Assembly (NCBI GenBank): GCA_963827235.1
Contig: CAWHAE010000012.1
Span: forward strand, 800,001-864,000
DNA from: an uncultured bacterium
GTDB lineage: Bacteria; Chloroflexota; UBA5177; JANWHV01
Length of the DNA: 64,000 nt
Reading direction: 5' to 3'
In this document: piece by piece, positions 8,742 to 18,870 of the stretch
How the letters are laid out: each line of letters starts with the position of its first letter
Position numbering within the stretch: the first letter of the stretch is position 1
Made by a program: the position numbers and the translations under genes
Notes under the pieces: model-generated
What the model was told of the DNA's origin: nothing
What the model saw: the letters and a program-made list of their open reading frames with translations, nothing else
Databases searched by the model: none

Positions 8742-11555
8742 CTACGGCCCAACAGTCAACGATGCACGATTCGACACGGTGCTCCGGGAGCCCTTGGCCG
8801 TGATCGTGAGCAGCGCAGGCTCTGCCACCGTCAGCGTGGCCTTCGGGCGCACAAGGCCGACGTACAGGCCGTAGGCGTCGGCTACACCACCCATGTGCAG
8901 CTTGTAGATGATGTCGCCCACCTTCGGGTAGTGCGGCAGCTTCACCTTCACGGGCTTGGTACCCGGCGCCGGCGTCGGGGTCGGTGCCGGTACCGGCGGT
9001 GCGACCGTGTTCGTGATAGCAAGCGTCATGTCGACGCGCGCAAATGGTGCCGTTCGCACGGTGACCGTCAACGGCACCGAGGCGCTTACCGAGAGCTGTG
9101 CAGACGACAGCGTGTAGGTGAGCGGGATGGGACAGGGACCCTGCGGTGGCTCCTGCGTTCCCGTGATCTTGGCCACAAAGGCATTGTTCGCGCTCGGTCG
9201 ATACACCGAGGCCTGCGGCATGGAGCGCACACCCTTCGCGTTGGACGACAGGGGGAAATTCGGCGAGACGGTAGTGCCGCCCACGTAGACATTGCCGCTG
9301 CCGTCGACCGCGATCGCCGTGGCCGCGTCGACAAATGTGCCGCCGAAGTAGCTGGAGTACAGCATACCGCTGCCGCATGAGTTGACCTTGGCCACGAAAG
9401 CGTCGAGCATGCCGAATCCGCCTCGTGCACCCCCGATTGCCCCCTGCAACGCCTTCTTGAGCGGGAAGTTAGGCGTGGTGAACTCGGACGAGCCGGTAGA
9501 ACCGGCCACGAAGGCGTCACCACGCCCGTCGACCGCCACGTTGTAGGCTATGTCGTTGCCTGAGCCGCCGAGATACGTGGAATAGATGAGCGCGCCTTTC
9601 GCACTCAGCTTGGCTACGAAGCCGTCGGTGCCGCCGCCCGAGGTAGGCTGGGCAAACGCGGCCGTCTGCGGAATGCCTCCGTTCGTCTCGCCTACGAGAT
9701 AAGCGTTGCCGGAAGTATCGACCGCCAGCGCGTGCACGACGTCCGCCGAGCTCTGCCCCAAGTAGGTGGCGTAGACCAGCTCATTGCCGGCTTTGTTGAG
9801 CTTGGCGACAAACGCGCTCGTGCCGGACGCCGGAAGCGCGGGCTGAAGCGCATGCGGCGGCGTCGGGAAATCAGGTGAGGTAGTCTGCCCGGCTACGTAG
9901 GCGTCTCCGGACGGATCAAGAGCGATGGCGCTCGCCGTGTCTGATCCGCTGCCGCCCAGGTACGTGCTGTAGATCAGCTTCTTGGCGTCGGGCGAGAACT
10001 TGGTCACGAACGCATCCACCTGGCCGCCCAGCGTTCCCTTGCCGTAGCCCAGCTTGCCGGCCAAGCCGCCCTGCACCGGGAAGTTGTACGTGTACGTGTA
10101 TCCGGTGATGTAGGCGTCGCCTGACTTGTCGACCGCCACGCCCGTGCCGATATCGTCGCCCCACCGGCTGGCGTTGTCGGTAGTGCCGCCGATCAGCGTG
10201 CCGTAAACCAGCTTGCCGCCACTCGGCGACACCTTTACCAGAAAGGCATCGTAGCCGCCGGCGTTCGTGTTTCTGGGCGCAGGAGCTGTGGTGGGGAAGT
10301 TGGTAGCGTTGCTGTAGCCGACGACGTAGGCGTAGCCGTTCGAGTCCACTGCCAGCCCGGTCGCGTAATTGTAGCCGCCGCTGTCGTTCGCATCGCTCGA
10401 CGTGCCATGCGCGTTCGTCGTACCGCCGATGTAGGTCTCGAACATCAGGCCGGTGCCCTTGCTGTTGAGCTTGGCCACGTATGCCACCGGGCAGTTCACC
10501 GCGTTTCCATTATCCGACGGGCAGTGGGGAGCCGCGAGCTGCGGTGCCGGCAGCGCCGGCCGCAGGGCGGGCTGCGTCGAGGTCAGGGCCTGTGCAGCGG
10601 CCGTCGTGGTCATCACGATCGTGTACGTCGTGCCCGCAAAGTACGCGTCGCCCGACCGGTCGAGCGCGATGCCGGCCATACTTGTGTTCGACCCAAAGAG
10701 ATTAGAGTACTCCAGCGTGGGATCGATGGTCAGGCCATGGACCGGATCGAAGGTGCCCACCGACATCCCAACCGCATGCTGCCCATGCAGGGCATACTCT
10801 ACCGCGACTGCGTGCCGCCGCCCGCCGAAATACTGGTAGGCCTGCGGGCGCTTCTCAACTATCGTTCCGGCACTCGTGGCAATGTCGAGGTTGCCCGCGG
10901 CGTCGACGCTCAGGCCGCTGTTCCCGGACACCGCCAGCACAATCGCGGCCGGACTGGCACCCGCGGTAAGCTCATAGTCATATTCGAGGTTGCCGCGGCT
11001 ACCGTAATACACAAGATCGATCCCTGGGTAGACGCGCTCGTAGTCCACTCGCCGGTAGGTGGGGATGCCGCTGCGCCACTGCCGGGAGGCGGCACCTATG
11101 AAGTAGTTCGCCGTCGTCTGCTGCCGATCGACACCCGTGATCACCGGGTGCGCGTTGGCCCCGATCAAGTGCAGCCGCACGGTCGCCGCCTGAGCCGGAG
11201 CGGAGTGGCTCGATGCTCCGGCACTGCTCCCTGCCACCAGGACGGCATCGGTAGCGGTCAGATAGAGAGCGTAGCCGTCTCCTCGCGCCAGGTAGCGCGC
11301 GCCAGCGCCGGTACTGCCGGGCACTGCTTCAAAGATCATGGGTAGATGGTCAATGGCGACCTTGATTCTTGAGGGCGAGGCCGGGCGGGCAGTTGCGGAG
11401 ACGACCGACCGTGGCGGTTGCGTCTCGAGGGCCTGCGCACTCCCGAGCTGCCCCGCGGCAGCAGGTGTCGCGTTACCTGTGAGGCCGATGGCGGCCAGCA
11501 GGCAAGAGGCGAGGCCGAAGCTCGTCCAGTAACGTGGTCGACGCGCCAAGAGCAT
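8742..11555 (-). CDS. Large secreted SBBP-repeat beta-propeller surface protein
   Basis: Signal peptide from ATG 11555; N-terminal domain (ANYFIG..W..GIPTY, VYPGIDLVYYG..GNLEYD, IDPTLEYS); about seven repeats of IAVD..GNAYV.G.T.S.NFP and DAFV.KL...G..L.YSTYLGG; Pro/Thr-rich C-terminal domain. Confidence 0.88.
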   Translation of the reverse strand: MLLARRPRYWTSFGLASCLLAAIGLTGNATPAAAGQLGSAQALETQPPRSVVSATARPASPSRIKVAIDHLPMIFEAVPGSTGAGARYLARGDGYALYLTATDAVLVAGSSAGASSHSAPAQAATVRLHLIGANAHPVITGVDRQQTTANYFIGAASRQWRSGIPTYRRVDYERVYPGIDLVYYGSRGNLEYDYELTAGASPAAIVLAVSGNSGLSVDAAGNLDIATSAGTIVEKRPQAYQYFGGRRHAVAVEYALHGQHAVGMSVGTFDPVHGLTIDPTLEYSNLFGSNTSMAGIALDRSGDAYFAGTTYTIVMTTTAAAQALTSTQPALRPALPAPQLAAPHCPSDNGNAVNCPVAYVAKLNSKGTGLMFETYIGGTTNAHGTSSDANDSGGYNYATGLAVDSNGYAYVVGYSNATNFPTTAPAPRNTNAGGYDAFLVKVSPSGGKLVYGTLIGGTTDNASRWGDDIGTGVAVDKSGDAYITGYTYTYNFPVQGGLAGKLGYGKGTLGGQVDAFVTKFSPDAKKLIYSTYLGGSGSDTASAIALDPSGDAYVAGQTTSPDFPTPPHALQPALPASGTSAFVAKLNKAGNELVYATYLGQSSADVVHALAVDTSGNAYLVGETNGGIPQTAAFAQPTSGGGTDGFVAKLSAKGALIYSTYLGGSGNDIAYNVAVDGRGDAFVAGSTGSSEFTTPNFPLKKALQGAIGGARGGFGMLDAFVAKVNSCGSGMLYSSYFGGTFVDAATAIAVDGSGNVYVGGTTVSPNFPLSSNAKGVRSMPQASVYRPSANNAFVAKITGTQEPPQGPCPIPLTYTLSSAQLSVSASVPLTVTVRTAPFARVDMTLAITNTVAPPVPAPTPTPAPGTKPVKVKLPHYPKVGDIIYKLHMGGVADAYGLYVGLVRPKATLTVAEPALLTITAKGSRSTVSNRASLTVGP

Positions 11556-11760
11556 GAGTGTTGTTCCTTCCCCATTCCGATTCCGGCAGCGTAGAGCCGG
11601 CATGGCGCGGCCCGGCCGCGGCAATGCACACCGTATCTACGCGAACAGTACGGTATGGACGAGCGCAACGCAATCGACCAGTAGGGTGTGTCGCGTCGCC
11701 TGAGGAACCGTCCGCAGGCGCTGTCTTCCGAGCCGCGGAAGCAGGTGGTCTGGCGGCGTG

Positions 11761-12558
11761 CTAGAGTACGAACGGCCGCCCGAGCCAGTGCAGAATCGTG
11801 TTTCGCCGCCGGCCATGCCTGGACGCCCAATCCTCGACGGTGACCGCAAAGCCGACGTCACGTCCCTGGGCCCTCGATGCCGCGTACTTCAGATCGCTGA
11901 GGTGAAGGTACAGGTCGGCTGCCTCTACGGACTCCGCGTCGAGCGATCCGTGCTCGGCCGCCGCCTGTAGAACCACCGGGCGGTAGATGGTGCGGTACCA
12001 CGCATCCGCCGCCTCCCGCGTTGACACTGCCGGCCCGCGTTCGCCAAGATACCAGCGATGCTCGAAGATCTGTTCCAGCGCCTGATCGTATCCGGCCGGC
12101 GTGCTGAAGGCCGGTACCTGCATACCGGTATGAAGGGCGAAGCGGGCCCGCGCAGCTTCCAGTGGGTCGATCGACGGCTCATTCTGTTCAAAGCAATCGA
12201 CAACGATGGCATCGAGATACAACTGCCCGATGGCATGAGCCGCGCCCACCCGATGGTGGCCGTCGATCACGTAGCAGGCACCATGCAGACGATAGAGCTC
12301 GATCGGCGGCAGAACCACGCCATCGGCCATGGCCTTGCAGATGGCTCGAAAACGAAAGCTGTTGCCGCGGATCGGCCTGAAGTGCCGATCCAGTTGGTCA
12401 TAGCGATTCACCGATCCCTTGATGGTCTGAAGAGACACGGTCTCCAGACGAGGCGGCAGCATGCCCAGCGTCGGATCGCCGGCGCTGCCCATGGGAAAGC
12501 GTAGCGGCGTGTCGAGCGGCGCTCGCCCCAGCAGCTTCCGAATAGAGTGTCGATGCAT
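11761..12558 (-). CDS. ParB-N-like / DUF4032-like protein
   Basis: I.GSV.RY...DR.FRP, LPPIELY, Y.IDGHHRV (ParB/Srx-like), then QIFEHRWYL.E...V...EAA..WY..IY.PVV. Start uncertain (12558 or 12573). Confidence 0.75.
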   Translation of the reverse strand: MHRHSIRKLLGRAPLDTPLRFPMGSAGDPTLGMLPPRLETVSLQTIKGSVNRYDQLDRHFRPIRGNSFRFRAICKAMADGVVLPPIELYRLHGACYVIDGHHRVGAAHAIGQLYLDAIVVDCFEQNEPSIDPLEAARARFALHTGMQVPAFSTPAGYDQALEQIFEHRWYLGERGPAVSTREAADAWYRTIYRPVVLQAAAEHGSLDAESVEAADLYLHLSDLKYAASRAQGRDVGFAVTVEDWASRHGRRRNTILHWLGRPFVL

Positions 12559-12819
12559 TGAGAACCCTGGCAATTCTAATGATTATAGGAACCCCCGCTT
12601 CGATCATACCGGCCTCAAGCCCGCCTTTGGGGATCCGTGGTGTTAAATCTTCGTAAACAGTCCGCGCGGTTTCGAGCCTGCGCTCACTGCCTTCACCGGA
12701 GGTGTGCGCGGCTGCAGCGTACGAGCACAGGCCCGGGTACGCCCGGTATCTCGCCGACCGGCGCTGCTTCTCCGACGAGGCCGGGCTCGGTCGCCCTGCC
12801 CCGACCCAGTCGCAAAAGC

Positions 12820-14103
12820 TCAGCTCCGGTGAACCATAGATTCCACCGCGTCGAGTAGCGTGTCGATCTCGGCCATCGTGTTGTAGTGGACCGGGCCGAC
12901 TCGGACCACGCCTCCGTGTCTCTCGAGATCGAGGCGCTCGGTGAGCGACAGCGCGTAGTTGTTGCCGCTCCACACGTAGATCTCCTGCCCGGCCAGCCAT
13001 GAGGCGACCTCGTCCGGGTAATAACCGGCGAGAGTAAACGAGACAGTCGGCACGCGCTCGGCCATCCGCGCCGGGTCGGCAATGCCCCAGATCCGCACGC
13101 CGGGAATCCTCGCCAGGCCTTCCAGCAGGTGTCGTCCCAGCATTATCTCGTACCGGCGAATCGCCTTCTGCGCCTTGAGTATCGAGCTCCGCAGGCCCGT
13201 ATCGTGCTCCGCGCCCTCTGCGTCCGCAATCGACCCGACCTGGCGCAAGTAAGCAACGGCGCCCTGAAGGCCGGCGCAACCCTCCACGCTCGGCGCGCCG
13301 GTCTCAAACCGGCCCGGCAGCTGTTCGGTCGCCGGGCGCACTTTGTAAGGCTGGATCGCCTCCAAACGCTCGCGCTTACCGTACAGGACACCGAGATGAG
13401 GCCCGAAGAACTTGTACGACGAGCAAACCAGGAAATCGCAGTCCATGGCCTGCACGTCGATCGTGCCGTGCGCCGCGTACTGTACCGCGTCAATGTATGA
13501 TAGAGCGCCGGCCTCACGCGCCAGACGGCATACGGTCGCCACGTCGACGATCGAGCCCACCAGATTGGAGCAGTGTGTCACTGCTACCACGCGCGTGCGC
13601 CGCCCGACCTTGGCCGCCAGGTCGGCCATGTCCAGCGTGCAATCCTCCGGGTTGATATCCACTGCGCGGATCACGACGCCTCGCTCCTCCAGCGCTCGCC
13701 AGGGAGCCACGTTGCCGTCATGGTCGAGCGTGGTAACCACTATCTCGTCGCCGGCGGACAAGCCGCGTCCGATAGCGCGACTGATGGCAAAAGTGAGCGT
13801 CGTCATGTTCGGACCGATCACGATCTCGTCCGGCGAAGAGGCGCCCAGCATATCCGCCATGACGGCGTGAGCGCCGTCGACGGCGGCACTCGACAGCTCG
13901 CTAGCATGGAATGGACCGTGCGGATATGAATTCGAGCTTACAAGCATGTCGCGTATGGCATCGACGACATCCTGGGGCACCTGAGTCCCAGCGGGGTTGT
14001 CGAAGAACACCGGCTGGCGGCCTCTCACGGTCTGCTGGAGTGCGGGAAACCGGCAGCGTAATCGTGCAACGTCGAACGGCTGCGTCGGGCTGGCGTCCAT
14101 CAT
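12820..14103 (-). CDS. Cysteine desulfurase-like protein (PLP class V aminotransferase)
   Basis: FFDNPAGTQVP, LDHDGNVAPW, IDAVQYA, CSSYKFFGPH (PLP lysine), RFETG, VRVGPVHYNT. Confidence 0.92.
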   Translation of the reverse strand: MMDASPTQPFDVARLRCRFPALQQTVRGRQPVFFDNPAGTQVPQDVVDAIRDMLVSSNSYPHGPFHASELSSAAVDGAHAVMADMLGASSPDEIVIGPNMTTLTFAISRAIGRGLSAGDEIVVTTLDHDGNVAPWRALEERGVVIRAVDINPEDCTLDMADLAAKVGRRTRVVAVTHCSNLVGSIVDVATVCRLAREAGALSYIDAVQYAAHGTIDVQAMDCDFLVCSSYKFFGPHLGVLYGKRERLEAIQPYKVRPATEQLPGRFETGAPSVEGCAGLQGAVAYLRQVGSIADAEGAEHDTGLRSSILKAQKAIRRYEIMLGRHLLEGLARIPGVRIWGIADPARMAERVPTVSFTLAGYYPDEVASWLAGQEIYVWSGNNYALSLTERLDLERHGGVVRVGPVHYNTMAEIDTLLDAVESMVHRS

Positions 14104-14469
14104 CGGTAGTGCTCCCTCGATACTCACGGTCAACTAGTGCAAGAGACTGCGATCTCAGGCCTCGGTTGATCCTGATCGCCTCCACAAAGGATAACCCGGC
14201 TTGGCCGCCGGACGCCGGCGAAGGCGAGACTGCGGCCAAAACCATTCGCCACTTGCAGCGCGCCGTTCGGGTTTTCCGCTTACGGTATGCGCCGAGACAC
14301 TGTATCGTAGTCTTGTCGTCTGCAACCGGCACACGCGCACTGGCGTCCGCCGGCACCGGGAGGGTGGGTGCGCCTCCCCGAGCGCCGGGTCCGGTGCAGC
14401 GCCGGCCGGTTGGGAGATCAGGCGTTGCGCGGCACGCCGCGCCGAGAGACCACCGTGGAGGAGCTCCAG

Positions 14470-15276
14470 ATGCAGTTCGTACTGCGAGCGTATGACAGGA
14501 AGGCCGTGTTCAGGGCCGAGTCTCTGCCCGTGCAACAACTGTGGACGACATTGAGTGGCAGCGGGCTCTGGGACCGAACTAAAGTGCGCGTCGGACTGCG
14601 CGAACAGCCGGACGTGTATGCTCGGGAGACTGTCGTCGCCCGGCTCGAGTCCCTGGTGCAGGAGGGGCATGGCGACCAGAGTCTCCACTACCTTCGTGGG
14701 GCCGACCCGCCCACTCTTGCCAGCCTGCGTCGTGCCCACTGGCCGGTGATCGGCGAAGAAGAGGCCGTGCTGCTTCGTGAGGACATGGTACGCTACCTCA
14801 CCTATGGCTTGTGGCAAGCACCTGAGGACGTCCTTGGCCACGCCCTCGGCTTGCTCACCGGACGTGGGGACGCCTCCGTGATGGTGAGCAGCATCGGCAG
14901 TACGGGCGAGCTGCAGGAAATCCTCAGCGCAGTCGAAGATCGCGACGGATTCGCCGAAGCGTACGGCCCGACCATCCAGGAGGGTCTGCGGAGCGCGGGC
15001 CTGCCGGCCGACGACGCAACGCTGGCTCAGGAGCTTGGCCGTCTCGAAGAGATGCTCGCTCCCGTGCAGGGACTACTGCGCGGCGCGGCCAGCTCGGGAC
15101 TCGCTGTGATCGTCTACCGCGAGGAGCCCGGCGCCGGCGATGGGCTCTCGCGCCACATTGCCTCGGCCATGCGGGACGAAGAGGCCGGAGAGCCGGCCGA
15201 AAATGCGCCCACCTCGGATGCATACGACGATGTGGTATATAGTAACGGACGCGGCGAACCACCCGGCGAGCTCTGA
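14470..15276 (+). CDS. Hypothetical protein
   Basis: GGAGGAG RBS before ATG 14470, gene-like codon usage, acidic C-terminal tail; no family recognised. Confidence 0.7.
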   Translation: MQFVLRAYDRKAVFRAESLPVQQLWTTLSGSGLWDRTKVRVGLREQPDVYARETVVARLESLVQEGHGDQSLHYLRGADPPTLASLRRAHWPVIGEEEAVLLREDMVRYLTYGLWQAPEDVLGHALGLLTGRGDASVMVSSIGSTGELQEILSAVEDRDGFAEAYGPTIQEGLRSAGLPADDATLAQELGRLEEMLAPVQGLLRGAASSGLAVIVYREEPGAGDGLSRHIASAMRDEEAGEPAENAPTSDAYDDVVYSNGRGEPPGEL

Positions 15277-15393
15277 CCACGATGACAAGCGTTTCGTGGG
15301 CGGTGCCAGCCGGGTGTTCCCAGGTGGCGGGCAGCCACCCGGCAGGTTCTCCCGGGCCGTCAATCCCCGCTCTGGTGGTAGGTACGTGACGAC

Positions 15394-16131
15394 GTGCTAA
15401 AGCAGGTCACCGAGGAGACCCGAACGCAGCAGGGTACTCGCATTCTCATCATCGACGACGAGCCAAGCATCGTCCGTCTGCTGCAGGCGTACCTCGAGCG
15501 CGAGGGTTTCGAGGTTGCCACGGCGGCCGACGGTGCAAGCGCGCTGCAGCTGGCGCGAAGCTTCAAGCCGCAGCTCGTCCTGCTGGATCTCCTGTTGCCC
15601 GAGGTGGACGGCCTGGAGGTATGCCGCCAGCTTCGCCAGGAGTCCGACGTCTACATCATCATGCTCACGGCACGGTCGGAAGAAACCGATATCGTGATCG
15701 GCCTCACGCTCGGCGCGGACGACTACGTGACCAAGCCGTTCAGCCCGCGCGAGATCGTGGCGCGAGTGAAGGCCGTGCTGCGCCGCTCGCGGCGTCCGGT
15801 TTCCGTCCAGGAATCTGAGGTGATCAGTTTCCCGAACATCACTATCGATACCGGTCGCCACAAGGTCGTCGCCTATGGTGAATCGATCGAGCTCACCGCC
15901 CTTGACTTCGACATTCTGCGCGCCCTGGCCGCCCAACCGGGCATGGTCTTCACGCGGGCTCAGCTCCTCGAGCGCGTGTGGGGATACGACCACCTTGGAG
16001 ATGAGCGCGTCGTCGACGTCCACATCGGCCTGCTGCGAAAGAAGATCGAGCGCGATGCCCAGGAGCCGCACTTCGTGAAAACGGTGCGCGGAGTAGGCTA
16101 CAAGTTCGATGACGACGAGAACGAGCGGTGA
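15394..16131 (+). CDS. OmpR/PhoB-family response regulator
   Basis: ILIIDDE, LLDLLLP (phospho-Asp), GADDYVTKPFS, wHTH VVDVHIGLLRKKI...KTVRGVGY. Confidence 0.95.
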   Translation: MLKQVTEETRTQQGTRILIIDDEPSIVRLLQAYLEREGFEVATAADGASALQLARSFKPQLVLLDLLLPEVDGLEVCRQLRQESDVYIIMLTARSEETDIVIGLTLGADDYVTKPFSPREIVARVKAVLRRSRRPVSVQESEVISFPNITIDTGRHKVVAYGESIELTALDFDILRALAAQPGMVFTRAQLLERVWGYDHLGDERVVDVHIGLLRKKIERDAQEPHFVKTVRGVGYKFDDDENER

Positions 16132-17225
16132 ACCGCACGCGCCGCCTCTGGCACCGCTTGTGGCGGCAGATCACCTGGCGACTGTTCGTCTCCTACCTGG
16201 TCGTCGGCCTGGCCGCTATCGCTCTGCTCGGGCTGCTGATACTGATCCTGGCAGCGGACTACTCCCGCATGCACCCCGCGAGCGCGGGCTTCAGAGTGGA
16301 GGTGCTCCAGGGCGTCGCCTTCGCGGCTCTGGCAGCCGTTGTCGCTTCCGCAGGCGCCAGTCTCTTCGTCTCTCGCCGCATCGTGCGGCCACTCAGACAG
16401 ATGATGGATGCCAGCCAGCGCATTGCCGCGGGTCAATATCACGACAGGGTGCCCGTCGACGACGATTTCGAGATCACCATGCTGGCCGACAGCTTCAACC
16501 AGATGGCCGTTGCCCTCGAGCGAACCGACGAGCTGCGCCGGGCTTTGATCGCGGACGTGGCGCACGAGCTGCGGACTCCATTGACCAGCATCAAGGGGTA
16601 CATGGAGGCCTTGCTGGACGGCGTGATGCCAGCAAGCAACGAGACGTTCGGCCTCGTGTACGCCGAAGCTTCGAGACTGTACCACCTCGTCGAGGATCTG
16701 CAGGAGCTGTCCCGAATGGAATCCGGTCAGGTTCCCATGGAGCTGCACCCTATCGACCTGGATCCCCTCCTGCGCGGAATTGCCAACCGAGTGCGGCCTC
16801 AGTTCGAGGCCAAGGGTGTGCGGATCGCCGTCTCCTGGGCCCAGAAGGGCGACCACGTCTTGGGGGATGAAGACCGCCTCTGCCAGATCTTCCTGAACCT
16901 GCTCAGCAATGCCCTGCGCTACACGCCTGCCGGAGGCAGCGTCCAGCTTCGAGGATACTCGGACCGGGACGGCATCCATGTGGTCGTACAGGACACCGGC
17001 ATCGGTATAGCCCCGGAGCATCTCGACCATATCTTTGACCGCTTCTACCGCGTGGACAAATCGCGGTCCCGTTCACAGGGCGGCACCGGCATCGGCCTGA
17101 CAATCGCCAAGCACCTGGCCGAGCTGCACGGCGGCTGTATAACAGTGAGCAGTGTCGTCGGCTCCGGCAGCGCGTTCACGGTCAGTCTTCCCGTGGCGCC
17201 GACGCGGTCATGCGCCACGGCGTAG
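16128..17225 (+). CDS. HAMP-domain sensor histidine kinase (BaeS-like, very short external loop)
   Basis: Two TMs, HAMP, H-box AHELRTPL, N-box NLLSNALRYT, G1 DTGIGI, F-box IFDRFYR, G2 GTGIGL. Confidence 0.95.
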   Translation: MNRTRRLWHRLWRQITWRLFVSYLVVGLAAIALLGLLILILAADYSRMHPASAGFRVEVLQGVAFAALAAVVASAGASLFVSRRIVRPLRQMMDASQRIAAGQYHDRVPVDDDFEITMLADSFNQMAVALERTDELRRALIADVAHELRTPLTSIKGYMEALLDGVMPASNETFGLVYAEASRLYHLVEDLQELSRMESGQVPMELHPIDLDPLLRGIANRVRPQFEAKGVRIAVSWAQKGDHVLGDEDRLCQIFLNLLSNALRYTPAGGSVQLRGYSDRDGIHVVVQDTGIGIAPEHLDHIFDRFYRVDKSRSRSQGGTGIGLTIAKHLAELHGGCITVSSVVGSGSAFTVSLPVAPTRSCATA

Positions 17226-17414
17226 CCCGCTCCGCAACGGCCACAGGCCCGGCGGAGCCGACCGTGCTGTCTGCTTTTCGTCATCCGGCGCCTCGCTGCG
17301 GGTGGCAGATCCCGCGCACTGGTATGTTCACTGAAGGTAAGCTACGCGGAGGCGGGTAGACGGGGCCGCTCCGGCCCCACGGTGACACGCCGAGTAGGTC
17401 TGGAGCTGTCGGGC

Positions 17415-18770
17415 ATGGCGAGCGGTGGCCCCGGAACAAGCGGCCGGGTATGGCTGGGAGCGGGATCACTCGCTGCGGCATCGCGGCCGAAGCGTGACGC
17501 GCCGCGACCGACGTGGCCGGCTCCGCTCCTTGACAGAGTGCAGCCACGCCGCCACGGCTCCCCACCAGCACCCGACAACGGCGGGCAACCGTCGCGAAGA
17601 AGAATGCGCTGGCAGGTCACGGCCATGCTCTGTCTGCTGCTCTATTCGTCGCTGCTGTGGATAGCAAGCGGCACCCAGCACCAGCTTGCTGCACGGGACG
17701 CGCAGGCGCGGGCGATAGGCGCCGAGGCGGCAGGAACGGCGCCCACAAGCTGGTTGCGCGGCTGGGCGCTGAGCCAATTCACGCTCCGCCCGCTGCGGCT
17801 GTTCTACCCGGCGGCCTCGCCCACCGAGGCGGTCGCCTGGTCACCCGACGGAAGGTGGCTGGCCACCGGGTCGAGTGACGGCACGGTCGCGGAATGGCAA
17901 GCGCGCGATGGGCGCCTGCGTTGGGCTGTGCGTCCGCGGAGCGGCAGGGTCAGCTCGCTGAGCTGGTCGACCGACGGCGATCAGCTCGCGGTGGGAGTGA
18001 CGGGCGCGGCCCTGCTGTCTCTGGACGCGCGCACGGCTCAGGTCCAGTTTCTGGCGGCTGCCGCGCCACATGTCTCGCCGAGCGCCGCCTTCTCACCGGA
18101 CGGCCGCTGGTTGGCCTTAGCCACCGGGCGTGGCGACGTGCAGATCTGGTCTGCAAGCGGCACGCGCTCTCCGCGCTACGCGCGCACACTGGCCATAGGC
18201 GGGGCCACCACGGCACTGGACTGGTCCAGTGACAGTCGCCTACTGGGGATCGGAGGCATGACCGGCGCATTCTGGCTGTGGAGTGCCGAGTCCGGCCGCC
18301 TGACGCGGAGCTTGCCTGCCGGGCGGCACGGGCCGCTGTGGTCGCTGCAGTGGTCGCCGGTCTCCGCGCGTCTTGCCGTGGGCTGGGCCGACGGCAATGT
18401 CGAGATCCTCGCAGGATCTAGCCTCGTGCAGGCCGGGCTGTTGCACGCGGGCGGTGCCGTCAATACGCTGGGTTGGTCGGCCGACGGCTCCCTGCTTGCC
18501 GTCACAGCGGTCGGGAAGCCTCTGGAGGTGTGGGACGCCCAGAGCCGGACGCTCATCGCGCGTCTGGTCACCGGCTGGGACAACAATCAGGCCGCTTGGT
18601 CGCCGGACGGGCGGTTTGTGGCAGCCGGCACGGACGCCCACGATCTGCGGTTATGGCAGGTCGAGCCACCGGCCGCCGGCCTGGCCAGCCAGCTCTGCAA
18701 ACTGCAGCCCGTCGACTGTGCACTGCCGGCCGGACATCCCGGCGGCGTGACCAGTTATATGGGGCGTTGA
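17415..18770 (+). CDS. Membrane-anchored WD40-repeat beta-propeller protein
   Basis: One TM (VTAMLCLLLYSSLLWIA) then about seven repeats of the type AWSPDGRWLATGS.DG.V..W; start uncertain. Confidence 0.82.
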   Translation: MASGGPGTSGRVWLGAGSLAAASRPKRDAPRPTWPAPLLDRVQPRRHGSPPAPDNGGQPSRRRMRWQVTAMLCLLLYSSLLWIASGTQHQLAARDAQARAIGAEAAGTAPTSWLRGWALSQFTLRPLRLFYPAASPTEAVAWSPDGRWLATGSSDGTVAEWQARDGRLRWAVRPRSGRVSSLSWSTDGDQLAVGVTGAALLSLDARTAQVQFLAAAAPHVSPSAAFSPDGRWLALATGRGDVQIWSASGTRSPRYARTLAIGGATTALDWSSDSRLLGIGGMTGAFWLWSAESGRLTRSLPAGRHGPLWSLQWSPVSARLAVGWADGNVEILAGSSLVQAGLLHAGGAVNTLGWSADGSLLAVTAVGKPLEVWDAQSRTLIARLVTGWDNNQAAWSPDGRFVAAGTDAHDLRLWQVEPPAAGLASQLCKLQPVDCALPAGHPGGVTSYMGR

Positions 18771-18870
18771 ATGTCTCGGCGCAGGCTCAAGCGGGCACAG
18801 CCCCTGCTGCTGTCCGCCCGGGGCAGCAACCGGCGCAGCCACGTGCCGTCGGGGGCCGATCCCAGCGGGA

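Noticed and set aside
9180-10720. Recurring DNA similarity at intervals, considered as a CRISPR or tandem array
   Set aside because: Explained by degenerate protein-level SBBP repeats inside a CDS; there are no identical repeats with unique spacers.
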